From positions 1 to 41,222 of IMG/VR virus record IMGVR_UViG_2588253749_000003: 41,222 bases of DNA. One strand, written 5' to 3'. The notes under the pieces were generated by a model, which made no database searches, was not told the DNA's origin, and saw nothing but the letters and a program-made list of their open reading frames with translations. The stretch comes from a virus (lineage: Duplodnaviria; Heunggongvirae; Uroviricota; Caudoviricetes). Each line of letters begins with the position of its first letter. The stretch's first letter is position 1. The position numbers and the translations under genes were made by a program. Positions 1 to 7,984 of this stretch are shown here, one piece after another.

Positions 1-1119
1 TCAAATAACCAACTTAACCCATTCCTGACCTCGAGTATCGTTATAGCGATCGGTGGTTGCCTGGACTTTATGCCCCAGTAATGTTTTTGTATCGACACCC
101 TGTGCCCGGTACAGCCGTTCTGACAGGGAACGTTGTTCATGAAATGTTGGTGGTGTTTTTCCTGCTGGTGGAATTATTCCAGCCAGGTCCCGTGCTTTGG
201 CAAAGTAATCGCTCAGGTTGTCTTTACTCATCGGCTTCGGTTGTTTCTGGTGCCGACTATGGATTAGATATGGACTTAATATTCTGTCTCGGCACCCATC
301 AATAACTTCTTTTAACGTTATCCCAATGGCATCACAGCGTAGTGTAAGCGGTAACGCCAGACGCATTCCGGTTTTTCCCTGGGTGATATGCAGGTGTTCG
401 TTCCACACATCTGAAAAACGCATGTGGCAAATGTCATCACGGCGCTGACCAGTAACAATCGCAAGAAGCATTGCGTTACGGATAAAGTGTTTTTCAGGCG
501 TTGCGTTGTAAATTTTTTGCCAGTCTTCCAGGGTGAGCCTGGCTCTGGTTACTTTAGGGATCGGTTTACGGGTAGCCTCCGGAGGATTCCATCCAGGAGG
601 AACTTCCCCTGCATGCTGTGCTTCTTTATAAATATCAACCCATAATCCACGATTTACTCTCGCTGTGCTGACCATGTCTTTATCCAGCCACTCATCCAGT
701 ATTAATGCAAAGTCTCTTACTTCCAGTTCTTTCAATGGGTGGTTTCCCAGACGGGAAACCAGGTATGCAGCCATTCGGGCTTTTTCTTTGTGAGTTGTAG
801 TTGCAATATCCCCATTTTTCAGTCGCGTGTCCTGTATTTTCAGATATCGATCAACCCATGCCTTTAATCTGATACCCCGACGTTTTGTTGCTGACGGACT
901 TTCATCAATTTTGCGCATGAAATATTCAGCTTCTGCTGCAGCTATTCGCTGATTGGCTGTGGAAGCGATTTTTTCTGCTTTGCCTTTGTCTGTTCCGAGA
1001 CCGTGAAATTTTCCAGTCACAGGGTTTTTATACTGGTAGTAAACCCTGCCAGTTCTGCGATCAAACTTTTCGTAAAGACCGGCTACGTCAGTGCTGTTTT
1101 TTCGTGGCCTCGGTGACAT
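1..1119 (-). CDS. int: Tyrosine site-specific integrase (lambda Int-like)
   Basis: 372-aa ORF; C-terminus ...TDRYNDTRGQEWVKLVI resembles the lambda Int catalytic Tyr region (recalled, not searched); AGGAG SD upstream of ATG at 1119; position at prophage edge next to an Xis-like gene. Confidence 0.88.
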   Translation of the reverse strand: MSPRPRKNSTDVAGLYEKFDRRTGRVYYQYKNPVTGKFHGLGTDKGKAEKIASTANQRIAAAEAEYFMRKIDESPSATKRRGIRLKAWVDRYLKIQDTRLKNGDIATTTHKEKARMAAYLVSRLGNHPLKELEVRDFALILDEWLDKDMVSTARVNRGLWVDIYKEAQHAGEVPPGWNPPEATRKPIPKVTRARLTLEDWQKIYNATPEKHFIRNAMLLAIVTGQRRDDICHMRFSDVWNEHLHITQGKTGMRLALPLTLRCDAIGITLKEVIDGCRDRILSPYLIHSRHQKQPKPMSKDNLSDYFAKARDLAGIIPPAGKTPPTFHEQRSLSERLYRAQGVDTKTLLGHKVQATTDRYNDTRGQEWVKLVI

Positions 1120-1357
1120 GAGTTAAAATCTCCTTCAGTGCATCATCATCGCCAGTATGAATTTCCGGCGCAATTCCCGTTTCACCAGGCCCAACAAATA
1201 CTGCCCGGCGATCTATCAGCCAACGCCCACGAATTTTTTGTGGCCTTGGAACGATGTATCCTAGTTTTCCGTATTTCACCAGGGTAGTGTTTGTTATTGG
1301 GAGACTGAACCGTTTTGGTTTCCACTCATCGAGCGTTATCAGGTACTGTTCGCTCAT
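1088..1357 (-). CDS. xis: Excisionase (Xis-like DNA-binding protein)
   Basis: Small ORF overlapping int start; MSEQYLITLDEWKPKRF... resembles lambda Xis N-terminus (YLTLQEW); ATG at 1357 with GGAG SD preferred over GTG at 1366. Confidence 0.7.
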   Translation of the reverse strand: MSEQYLITLDEWKPKRFSLPITNTTLVKYGKLGYIVPRPQKIRGRWLIDRRAVFVGPGETGIAPEIHTGDDDALKEILTHVTEATKKQH

Positions 1358-1418
1358 GGCTATCACTCCGGAACGCGCCAGTTGCAGAATACCAACGACA
1401 ACTGGCGACGGTTGAACA

Positions 1419-3890
1419 TTAAAAATCAGCCTGATTCGGAATCAGTTTTTGCCAGATAGCTGAAACGTATTTTGCCTGGTAACGGGCGTCATCAAGTGCA
1501 TTATGGCGCTCACCTTCGAATGGAATAGCCGTTCTGGCATCGAAGTCTATGGCTTTCCCCAGCTCAACGATTGTGCGTACATCGCGATCGTTGTAGTAAC
1601 GCCACGGGCAGGGGATCCCCTGCCGTTCGTATGAACGGCGCAAAATCGTGTTGTCGAAGTTGGCTCCATTTCCCCAAACCTGAACAAAAAATTCACCGGA
1701 GTTTTCGTCGATAAATTCCCGCAATTGTAACAGTGCATCATCTAACGGGATTTCATCGGTCATAATGGCAGATTGCGCTTCGCGTGATTGCTTAAGCCAC
1801 CATTTAATGGTGTCCCGATCAATGACTCCGCCAGCAGTTTCCAGATCGATAGTCTTACTAAATTCCGGTCCCATATCTCCGGTTTGCGGATCGAAAAATA
1901 TTGCACCTATTGAGATAATCGGGGCATCAGGATTTTTTCCCATGGTTTCAAGGTCGATCATTAGATGGTCACACGTCCTGCTGGTGGATGTGATAACGCG
2001 ATGACCGTTCACCGTAATTAAGGGATCTGCCGTCTCGCCAGTTTCACTATCGCTGGCGTGATCCTGAGCGCTGCCAGCATTCTCCTTGTGTGGGTGTTCA
2101 GCGCCTTCCATTTTCTCCGAATCGTCTTCCTGAACTTCAACCTGGTTCTTGTCATCGAATGTTTCCTGGTATGTTGCGTCGCCCATCACCGCACCACAAT
2201 CAGGGCAGTTGCCACCACCGCTCTGACCGCAGGCGGTGCAGATTTTTTCCGGTTCCTGTTGCACTACTGGTTCAGGTTGTTTCGTTTCTGGCTCGTTTTG
2301 TTGCGTATTTGGGCTGTTTTGTTCCGCTTTCTGGTCGTTCTGTTCCGTTTCTTGCTGGTTCTGGTTCACAGTATCGCGGGTCTGGATCCCCTTAACCCAT
2401 TTCGGATCATTCGGGTCGCTAATCCCTTCAATAAATTCACCACGTGATGCAGCAAGCAACTTATCGGCGTCAGGCTGGCTGATATTGGCTGCCTGCATAA
2501 TTTTGTTTACTTCGTCAGCGGTAACTTTTACCGGTTCTGGCTGTGCGGTCGTGTCAGATGCACCAGTATTTTGTTGTGAACCTGAGTATGTACTGTTTTT
2601 GCGGGCGAAATATTCTTCTTTCGTGATTTCAGTAGCCCCGGCAGCCAGCGCCTTATCCAGACCAGAAAGTTTGTTTGCGCGACCGTATTTTTCGCCATCC
2701 TTGTCGGTGAAGAGGAAGTAGAACGGCCCCTCACGCTCTACAGATGGTTCGACTTCCACTTTGCATTCGGTTTTTTCGTTGTCCGGAATTGCCGTTTCCA
2801 CTGCATCAGTTTCTGGTACTGGCGACGAGAGAGTATCAGTTGCGCTCTGATTTGTTCCTTCATCTTCAAACACGCCCTTTGTAGTCAGGTATTCAGTAAT
2901 GTATTTGTTCAGTGCCACAGGATCTTTGTGAATGTCGATCGGACGTTCACGGACAAGGCCAAAAATAGTCTGGCGGTCGTAGCGAAGGGCATCAGGCTGT
3001 TTGCGCATCGATGCCGAGATACGCTTCCAGTCTTCGCGGTCGTTGTCGATAACTTCATTTTTTGCCCAGCGATGGATGCTGCCGTCAATGTTTCCGGCAT
3101 CCACATCACCAGGCCAGAGAGCGTAGGCCAGTTCGTCATCCAGTGTTTTCCATGTCTGCTTGTATTCGCGATGAGTGGCAGCAATGACCGGGTTGATTTT
3201 TCCTGTTGAATTTTCAGTGTTCTGTTGATTGGCTCTGGCGCGGGCGAGATCAACAACAGACGTGTATTTTCCGGTTTCCTTGCGTTCACCTTCGCGACGT
3301 TTTTTCCAGATGCGCATCTCTGCCTGAATTTCGGGCCATTTAGCACCAGGAATACATTTATGCTTAACCCACCCAATGGCGTGCAACTTAAGCTCCGGAT
3401 ACATGGCGTTAACTTCTGGCATTTTCATCAACGCTTCAACGATATGTCCGTCGAATGTTGCCATGTCTTCCTGCAACAGTTCCTGTGCACTAATCACCAT
3501 ATCAACGGTGATGTTTTCACATGTGTCGAACTTAACCATGACAGCGTTCTGTACTTCAGGGGCCAGCTTGTCAAAAGTGACGTTCATCGGATTTGATTCA
3601 GTCTCAACCGGGACAAAGGAAGCTGACTCCTCATCCCAGCGGTTTTCCTGCATATATTCAGCATCCCAGGAATCGAGGGCAGGGCGGGGTATACCGGGTT
3701 TATCCTCGCAAACAAGAAATTTATAAGCGCAGTCCTGAGCAGCCGGATAATGTTCCAGGAATTGCCAGTGAAATTTTGCGCGGGCGCGGCGTTCGTCGCC
3801 AGCTTCAATGGCAGTGGCTACAGCGACTGCACCTTCTTCCTTTATTGCCTGTTCGTCCGGAATAGCGGCGCAAATAAAGACTTTACTCAT
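1419..3890 (-). CDS. Large early protein with C-terminal DnaQ-like DEDDh 3'-5' exonuclease domain, Cys4 zinc-ribbon and acidic/Gln-rich low-complexity linker
   Basis: 823-aa ORF; C-terminal motifs DLETMG (Exo I), WGNGANFDNTIL (Exo II), HNALDDARY (Exo III); CTACGQSGGGNCPDCG zinc ribbon; QNQQETEQNDQKAEQN... linker. Confidence 0.7.
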   Translation of the reverse strand: MSKVFICAAIPDEQAIKEEGAVAVATAIEAGDERRARAKFHWQFLEHYPAAQDCAYKFLVCEDKPGIPRPALDSWDAEYMQENRWDEESASFVPVETESNPMNVTFDKLAPEVQNAVMVKFDTCENITVDMVISAQELLQEDMATFDGHIVEALMKMPEVNAMYPELKLHAIGWVKHKCIPGAKWPEIQAEMRIWKKRREGERKETGKYTSVVDLARARANQQNTENSTGKINPVIAATHREYKQTWKTLDDELAYALWPGDVDAGNIDGSIHRWAKNEVIDNDREDWKRISASMRKQPDALRYDRQTIFGLVRERPIDIHKDPVALNKYITEYLTTKGVFEDEGTNQSATDTLSSPVPETDAVETAIPDNEKTECKVEVEPSVEREGPFYFLFTDKDGEKYGRANKLSGLDKALAAGATEITKEEYFARKNSTYSGSQQNTGASDTTAQPEPVKVTADEVNKIMQAANISQPDADKLLAASRGEFIEGISDPNDPKWVKGIQTRDTVNQNQQETEQNDQKAEQNSPNTQQNEPETKQPEPVVQQEPEKICTACGQSGGGNCPDCGAVMGDATYQETFDDKNQVEVQEDDSEKMEGAEHPHKENAGSAQDHASDSETGETADPLITVNGHRVITSTSRTCDHLMIDLETMGKNPDAPIISIGAIFFDPQTGDMGPEFSKTIDLETAGGVIDRDTIKWWLKQSREAQSAIMTDEIPLDDALLQLREFIDENSGEFFVQVWGNGANFDNTILRRSYERQGIPCPWRYYNDRDVRTIVELGKAIDFDARTAIPFEGERHNALDDARYQAKYVSAIWQKLIPNQADF

Positions 3891-3970
3891 GTTGTTTTAA
3901 CCTCATTACAGATTTAAGGGTGAACAAATCCCTGCCATTGCTGGCATATAAAAATGAAACCGGATATTAA

Positions 3971-4174
3971 TTACGGTGCTGTTTTAAGTCCTGCCGGGAT
4001 TTCGTTATTATCCATGTGAATAACTTTATCGACCGGATAACAGTTACCGGGAATTTTCTGTTCCGCTGCGGCAACCATGCATTCTTTCATTGAGCCGTAT
4101 ACGCCAGTAACCATGTCAACCGGTTCACCGGAAACAAGAAAAACCGTCAGAACAAGTGCAAATGTAGTATTCAT
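3971..4174 (-). CDS. Small predicted secreted protein (signal-peptide-like N-terminus)
   Basis: ORF with hydrophobic N-terminus MNTTFALVLTVFLVSG; AAGGA SD before internal ATG; no recognisable family. Confidence 0.35.
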   Translation of the reverse strand: MNTTFALVLTVFLVSGEPVDMVTGVYGSMKECMVAAAEQKIPGNCYPVDKVIHMDNNEIPAGLKTAP

Positions 4175-4361
4175 TGCCAGCATCCTTTTTGCATCAGGCG
4201 TAAACGGGCCAGCATTGAAACAATGCATATTTTATTTAATAGCTCCCGTTCTTGTTTTCTCTTGTTAATGGCATCTTCAGTAAATACTGGGTTACTGATA
4301 GTGACACCAATTTCAAAACAACCTTCAGACGTATTAACGTTTGGTAATAACGTTTCCATTA
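4171..4361 (-). CDS. Hypothetical small protein
   Basis: ORF with GAGG SD before ATG (METLLPNV...); in leftward early operon. Confidence 0.3.
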
Positions 4362-4930
4362 TCGCGTCCTCAACAATGAATTTTGTGATGCGGCGCCTGG
4401 TGCCTCCAGGTGACGTTAACCAGTTAATAATTAACGCCGGATACAGAGAACCCACCCATAAGAACCAATACGGAAGTCAACTGGCCTTTTTAACTGTTCC
4501 GCGTGCGCTGAGCCGCATTCACCGCATCACAAAATTCACTTTAAAAGGGGCGGCTATCATGGGAAAAACAAAACGGATACCCGCCAAAAGGTAATCAACA
4601 TGGGTTGTTGCAGCGGGGTTGTCACTCAGGCGTATGGTCAACCTGACAACCCGGTAGACATTTGCGAGGAACGGAGAACCCCCGCCATACTTACCGCCGC
4701 GCCATTTCGCGGAGTGCCACAACCGGAAGCGCACGGTCGACGAAAATTTAACGACAGGCTATCTATGAACCAACTACCTCGCCGTGCGCTTTCGCGTTAT
4801 GCTCTGACTTTTCAGGGATATATCCTTTCTGTAAACTGTCAGTGCCGGATGCTCACCCGTGTCCGGCGCACACACTCCACCTCACCCGTGGAGAACTCCT
4901 TAATTACCAACCCTCAGGAGGGTGAAATTT

Positions 4931-5122
4931 ATGACACAAGAAGAAAAAGTAATGTTTCTTATGCGCCTGGCTGTGGAAACCTTTAACGCCCATTGCCAGG
5001 TGCCCCTTTCACTATCTCACGCCATTTCTCTTGCTACCGAGCAAATGGGGGAAATTGACGCCATTTACAATACATTTGAAGCATTCTTGGATAAGAAGCT
5101 TATGGCAGAGAAGCGTCAATAA
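4931..5122 (+). CDS. Hypothetical small protein (convergent to left operon)
   Basis: Strong GGAGGG SD 8 nt upstream of ATG at 4931; 63-aa ORF; function unknown. Confidence 0.4.
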   Translation: MTQEEKVMFLMRLAVETFNAHCQVPLSLSHAISLATEQMGEIDAIYNTFEAFLDKKLMAEKRQ

Positions 5123-5705
5123 TCCTCATTACCCATCGTAAATTTACAGAAGTGGGCTTGATGTTGTGTTTTTCAAGCTCGCTCTTCATGATTTCCAGCA
5201 GCTTTGAGCTGATAATAAACAAATCAGGTGCATCGTTATTATTTTTATCCGCATCGTCTTTTTTCGTTTTTAACTCTTGCGGTGAATGTTCGAAAGCAAC
5301 TTGCAGGGTATTATTTTTAACATCCACAGAGCTTAAAATATGTGCATATGGATGTGCTATTGTGCGCCCCTGTAAATTTGCATCGTTTTCTAAATCTTTT
5401 GATTTCAACAGAACATCGGCAAGACTCTGAATCATGCAGAGATAATCAAAAACAGTTGCCGTTTCTGTTCTGATTGCTGAAATAACATGACCATTCAGGC
5501 AAACAGAAATTACCCGTTCATCAATATCGTTTTCCTGTTTTTGATTATCAGAACCATATAGCCCTGAAAAAGCATTGCGCACATTACGAACCATATTATC
5601 GATGGTTTCTTTTTTGGTGTATGCCGGGTCAATTTTCACCAGACTATCACCGAGTGTCGTTGCAGCAATTATCTGGATTTCTTTTGGTAAATCTTTAAAT
5701 TCCAT
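5100..5705 (-). CDS. Hypothetical protein (AT-rich accessory gene)
   Basis: 201-aa ORF in visibly AT-rich segment; no recognisable motif. Confidence 0.5.
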   Translation of the reverse strand: MEFKDLPKEIQIIAATTLGDSLVKIDPAYTKKETIDNMVRNVRNAFSGLYGSDNQKQENDIDERVISVCLNGHVISAIRTETATVFDYLCMIQSLADVLLKSKDLENDANLQGRTIAHPYAHILSSVDVKNNTLQVAFEHSPQELKTKKDDADKNNNDAPDLFIISSKLLEIMKSELEKHNIKPTSVNLRWVMRIIDASLP

Positions 5706-5727
5706 TATTAGCCTCGTTGGTTAACCA

Positions 5728-5946
5728 TTAACGTGGGTATGTAATCATTCTGGCAATGCTTAATGCCGCTGCTTTTTCCAGATTGGTGATATCCTGCTCC
5801 AGAGCGGACAGATTTTCAGCCTGCTTAGCCCTGGCTTCATTGGCCCATTTCAGGTCCTGCGCAGCCTTAATTTTCTGGTGCATCCACTCATAAAGTTCAT
5901 CATCGGTATAGTCTGGCGCGATGATGACGGGTTCTCGTTTCTGCAT
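5728..5946 (-). CDS. Hypothetical small protein (coiled-coil-like)
   Basis: 72-aa ORF, tightly spaced after next gene. Confidence 0.4.
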   Translation of the reverse strand: MQKREPVIIAPDYTDDELYEWMHQKIKAAQDLKWANEARAKQAENLSALEQDITNLEKAAALSIARMITYPR

Positions 5947-5976
5947 ACTGATTCCTCGCGGTGCTGCTTCGCTTAT

Positions 5977-6105
5977 CAGCCGTTAGATTTTGCCGGGCTG
6001 GAAAGCGCCTGTATAAACTCACTGAAGCTGAGAGCTTCTTCGCCTTTGGCAAGGCCTTCGAAGTATTCTTCGTAAGCCTTTTCCATGATTGTGTCGAAAT
6101 CCATA
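5977..6105 (-). CDS. Hypothetical small acidic protein (42 aa, below the track's 60-aa cutoff)
   Basis: Hand-translated MDFDTIMEKAYEEYFEGLAKGEEALSFSEFIQALSSPAKSNG; start 1 nt after stop of upstream ORF. Confidence 0.3.
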
Positions 6106-6261
6106 TCACTCACCTGAGTTTCTTTCCAGCCAGCGACGGGCACCATTTTCGGTTTTAAACGTTTTGCTTTTGGTATACGTCATCGCGGTGAACGTACCGT
6201 CCTGGTTGGGGAACACGCCACATACCAGAGATTCGTTGTTGCCAAGATCGATAGTATCCAT
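6106..6261 (-). CDS. Hypothetical small protein, first gene of leftward early operon
   Basis: ORF 6106-6342 in track; ATG at 6261 with GAGG SD (MDTIDLGNNE...) preferred. Confidence 0.4.
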   Translation of the reverse strand: MDTIDLGNNESLVCGVFPNQDGTFTAMTYTKSKTFKTENGARRWLERNSGE

Positions 6262-6442
6262 GCTGACCTCATTTCCCCTTAACGCCGGGGTAGCGGAACA
6301 AAAACCTGCTGCATAGTTATTAAAGTTGAACCCTGCCGTCATGTTCTTACGCCTCGGGCTGGCTACTTAACCCCTGACCACTGCCTGGTAACTCGAGGTA
6401 TTGCCCTGTATTGTGTGGGACGGGATGGGTTGGTATGGGAAA

Positions 6443-6485
6443 ACTATAGGAAATGCCTAATTACTTGTCAATAGGCTATGCCTAA
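6443..6485 (-). promoter_or_regulatory. PL-like leftward early promoter with operator palindrome
   Basis: Minus-strand TTGACA (6472-6467) and TATAGT (6448-6443), 18-nt spacer; adjacent 13-bp palindrome TAGGCTATGCCTA (6473-6485). Confidence 0.55.
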
Positions 6486-6579
6486 TAATTTGGGCGCAAC
6501 CTAATAGGTGATGGTTTGTGGAAGAGGTAGTAGGAGTTAACTAACGGGAACTAGGAATTTCCCGTCGGACCATATAAGT

Positions 6580-7056
6580 TTAAGTTCCTGTCTTGGTGAT
6601 GTTCTGGCTTTTCCGTTTTGATTCTTGATTTTTCAGATAGTTAGCTACCTTCATTTCCATTGCGGCAATGTAGGCGCGAACGTCATGATCAACCCAACTA
6701 GGCTCCGTAGCATTTCCAGATAAGATGAAAGCCACAATTGCTCTTTTTTCATCAGAGGCGGCTTGATAAAGGCTGTTTATGTCTAAAAGTTCACTTTTTG
6801 TATCTGAAGTGGATGGGGTTGGTATGGGGTATTCGTTAAGCCCCCAATGCTCTGGACCAACCACATCAGAAAAGAAACGCCATAGTTCTGGAAGTTTGTC
6901 TTTACTTATCGAACCTTTCTTAATCCAGTCATGGATTGATGGTGGTTGGACTTTGAAATGACGTGCGATTTCCGCCTTTGATTTGACGGCTCCTGATGCA
7001 ATTTTTTTGTTAATGGCCTGCTCTATCGCTCGGCCTAAGTCTTTACCACTAAGCAT
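6580..7056 (-). CDS. CI-like phage repressor (XRE-family HTH)
   Basis: 158-aa ORF divergent from cro-like gene; N-terminal HTH-like region; operator-rich divergent intergenic region. Confidence 0.72.
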   Translation of the reverse strand: MLSGKDLGRAIEQAINKKIASGAVKSKAEIARHFKVQPPSIHDWIKKGSISKDKLPELWRFFSDVVGPEHWGLNEYPIPTPSTSDTKSELLDINSLYQAASDEKRAIVAFILSGNATEPSWVDHDVRAYIAAMEMKVANYLKNQESKRKSQNITKTGT

Positions 7057-7110
7057 TGCTTAATAGTCTCCTATGCGCATCGCGTTAGGCAATCCCTACT
7101 CTCGATGTAT

Positions 7111-7153
7111 TAGGCATAGCCTATTGACAATTTCATTAGGCTAAGCCTAATAT
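7111..7153 (+). promoter_or_regulatory. OR/PR-like region: two operator palindromes overlapping a rightward sigma70 promoter
   Basis: TAGGCATAGCCTA (7111-7123) and TAGGCTAAGCCTA (7137-7149); TTGACA at 7124-7129 and TAATAT at 7148-7153 (18-nt spacer) upstream of cro-like ATG 7181. Confidence 0.6.
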
Positions 7154-7180
7154 TGTTGCGTGTTTTTTGGAGTTCATTCG

Positions 7181-7504
7181 ATGAAAAAAGATAACTATTC
7201 ATTCAAACGAGCTTGTGCTGTTGTCGGTGGGCAATCAGCAATGGCTAGGCTTTTAGGTGTATCTCCTCCAAGCGTAAATCAATGGATCAAAGGTGTACGT
7301 CAGTTACCTGCTGAGAGATGTCCTGCGATTGAACGAGCAACAAAAGGTGGTGTCCTGTGTGAAGAACTTCGTCCTGATGTTGATTGGACATACTTACGAC
7401 GCTCGTCATGTTATTCGCAGAATATGTCGATGAAGCAACCAAATGACGAAAACGATCATACCCGAAGCATCAAGAGGCAAATGATTCATGAAAATCAAAC
7501 ATGA
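7181..7504 (+). CDS. Cro-like / YdaS-like HTH regulator
   Basis: ATG 7181 with GGAG SD; HTH-like QSAMARLLGVSPPSVNQWIKG; divergent from repressor. Confidence 0.7.
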   Translation: MKKDNYSFKRACAVVGGQSAMARLLGVSPPSVNQWIKGVRQLPAERCPAIERATKGGVLCEELRPDVDWTYLRRSSCYSQNMSMKQPNDENDHTRSIKRQMIHENQT

Positions 7505-7913
7505 GCACATCCGCATGGCGATGAATGCCTGGGCATACCCTGATGGTGAGAAAGTTCCTGCAGCTGAAATAGCCCGGACTTATTTCGAACTGGGGATGAC
7601 GTTCCCTGAACTGTATGACGACAGCCATCCGGAAGCCCTGGCTCGCAATACCCAGAAAATTTTCCGCTGGGTAGAGAAAGACACCCCTGATGCAGTTGAA
7701 AAAATTCAGGCGTTGTTACCAGCGATCGAAAAGGCAATGCCACCTTTGCTGGTGGCCAGAATGCGCAGCCACAGTTCAGCTTATTTTCGGGAGCTGGTGG
7801 AGATGCGGGAGCGACTGGTGAGAGACGCTGATGATTTTGTCGCAGTGGCAATCGCCGGTTTCAATCAGATGAACCGTGGTGGCCCGGCAGGAAATGCTGT
7901 GGCAGTACATTGA
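7488..7913 (+). CDS. YdaT-like (CII-like) regulatory protein
   Basis: 141-aa ORF overlapping cro-like stop; N-terminus MKIKHEHI... and size recall Rac YdaT-family proteins (from memory). Confidence 0.55.
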   Translation: MKIKHEHIRMAMNAWAYPDGEKVPAAEIARTYFELGMTFPELYDDSHPEALARNTQKIFRWVEKDTPDAVEKIQALLPAIEKAMPPLLVARMRSHSSAYFRELVEMRERLVRDADDFVAVAIAGFNQMNRGGPAGNAVAVH

Positions 7914-7984
7914 CTGACAATAGCCATATCGAATCGCTTCCGGCAACTCGTGAGTAAAAAGATTCGGTATCAGAAGAGGTGAGT

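Noticed and set aside
1-60. Attachment site at the integrase end of the prophage
   Set aside because: The window begins at the integrase stop codon, so the prophage junction lies outside it; no core repeat can be paired within the window
2058-2721. Plus-strand ORFs (2058-2447, 2090-2395, 2236-2721) inside the exonuclease gene
   Set aside because: They lie antisense within the low-complexity repetitive part of the 823-aa minus-strand gene, encode Cys/Phe/Leu-rich nonsense-like sequence and lack SD sites; judged shadow ORFs
4600-4986. 128-aa plus-strand ORF in the GC-rich stretch downstream of the left operon
   Set aside because: No SD, Arg/Pro-rich composition, and it overlaps the better-supported 4931 start; treated as non-coding or possibly regulatory sequence
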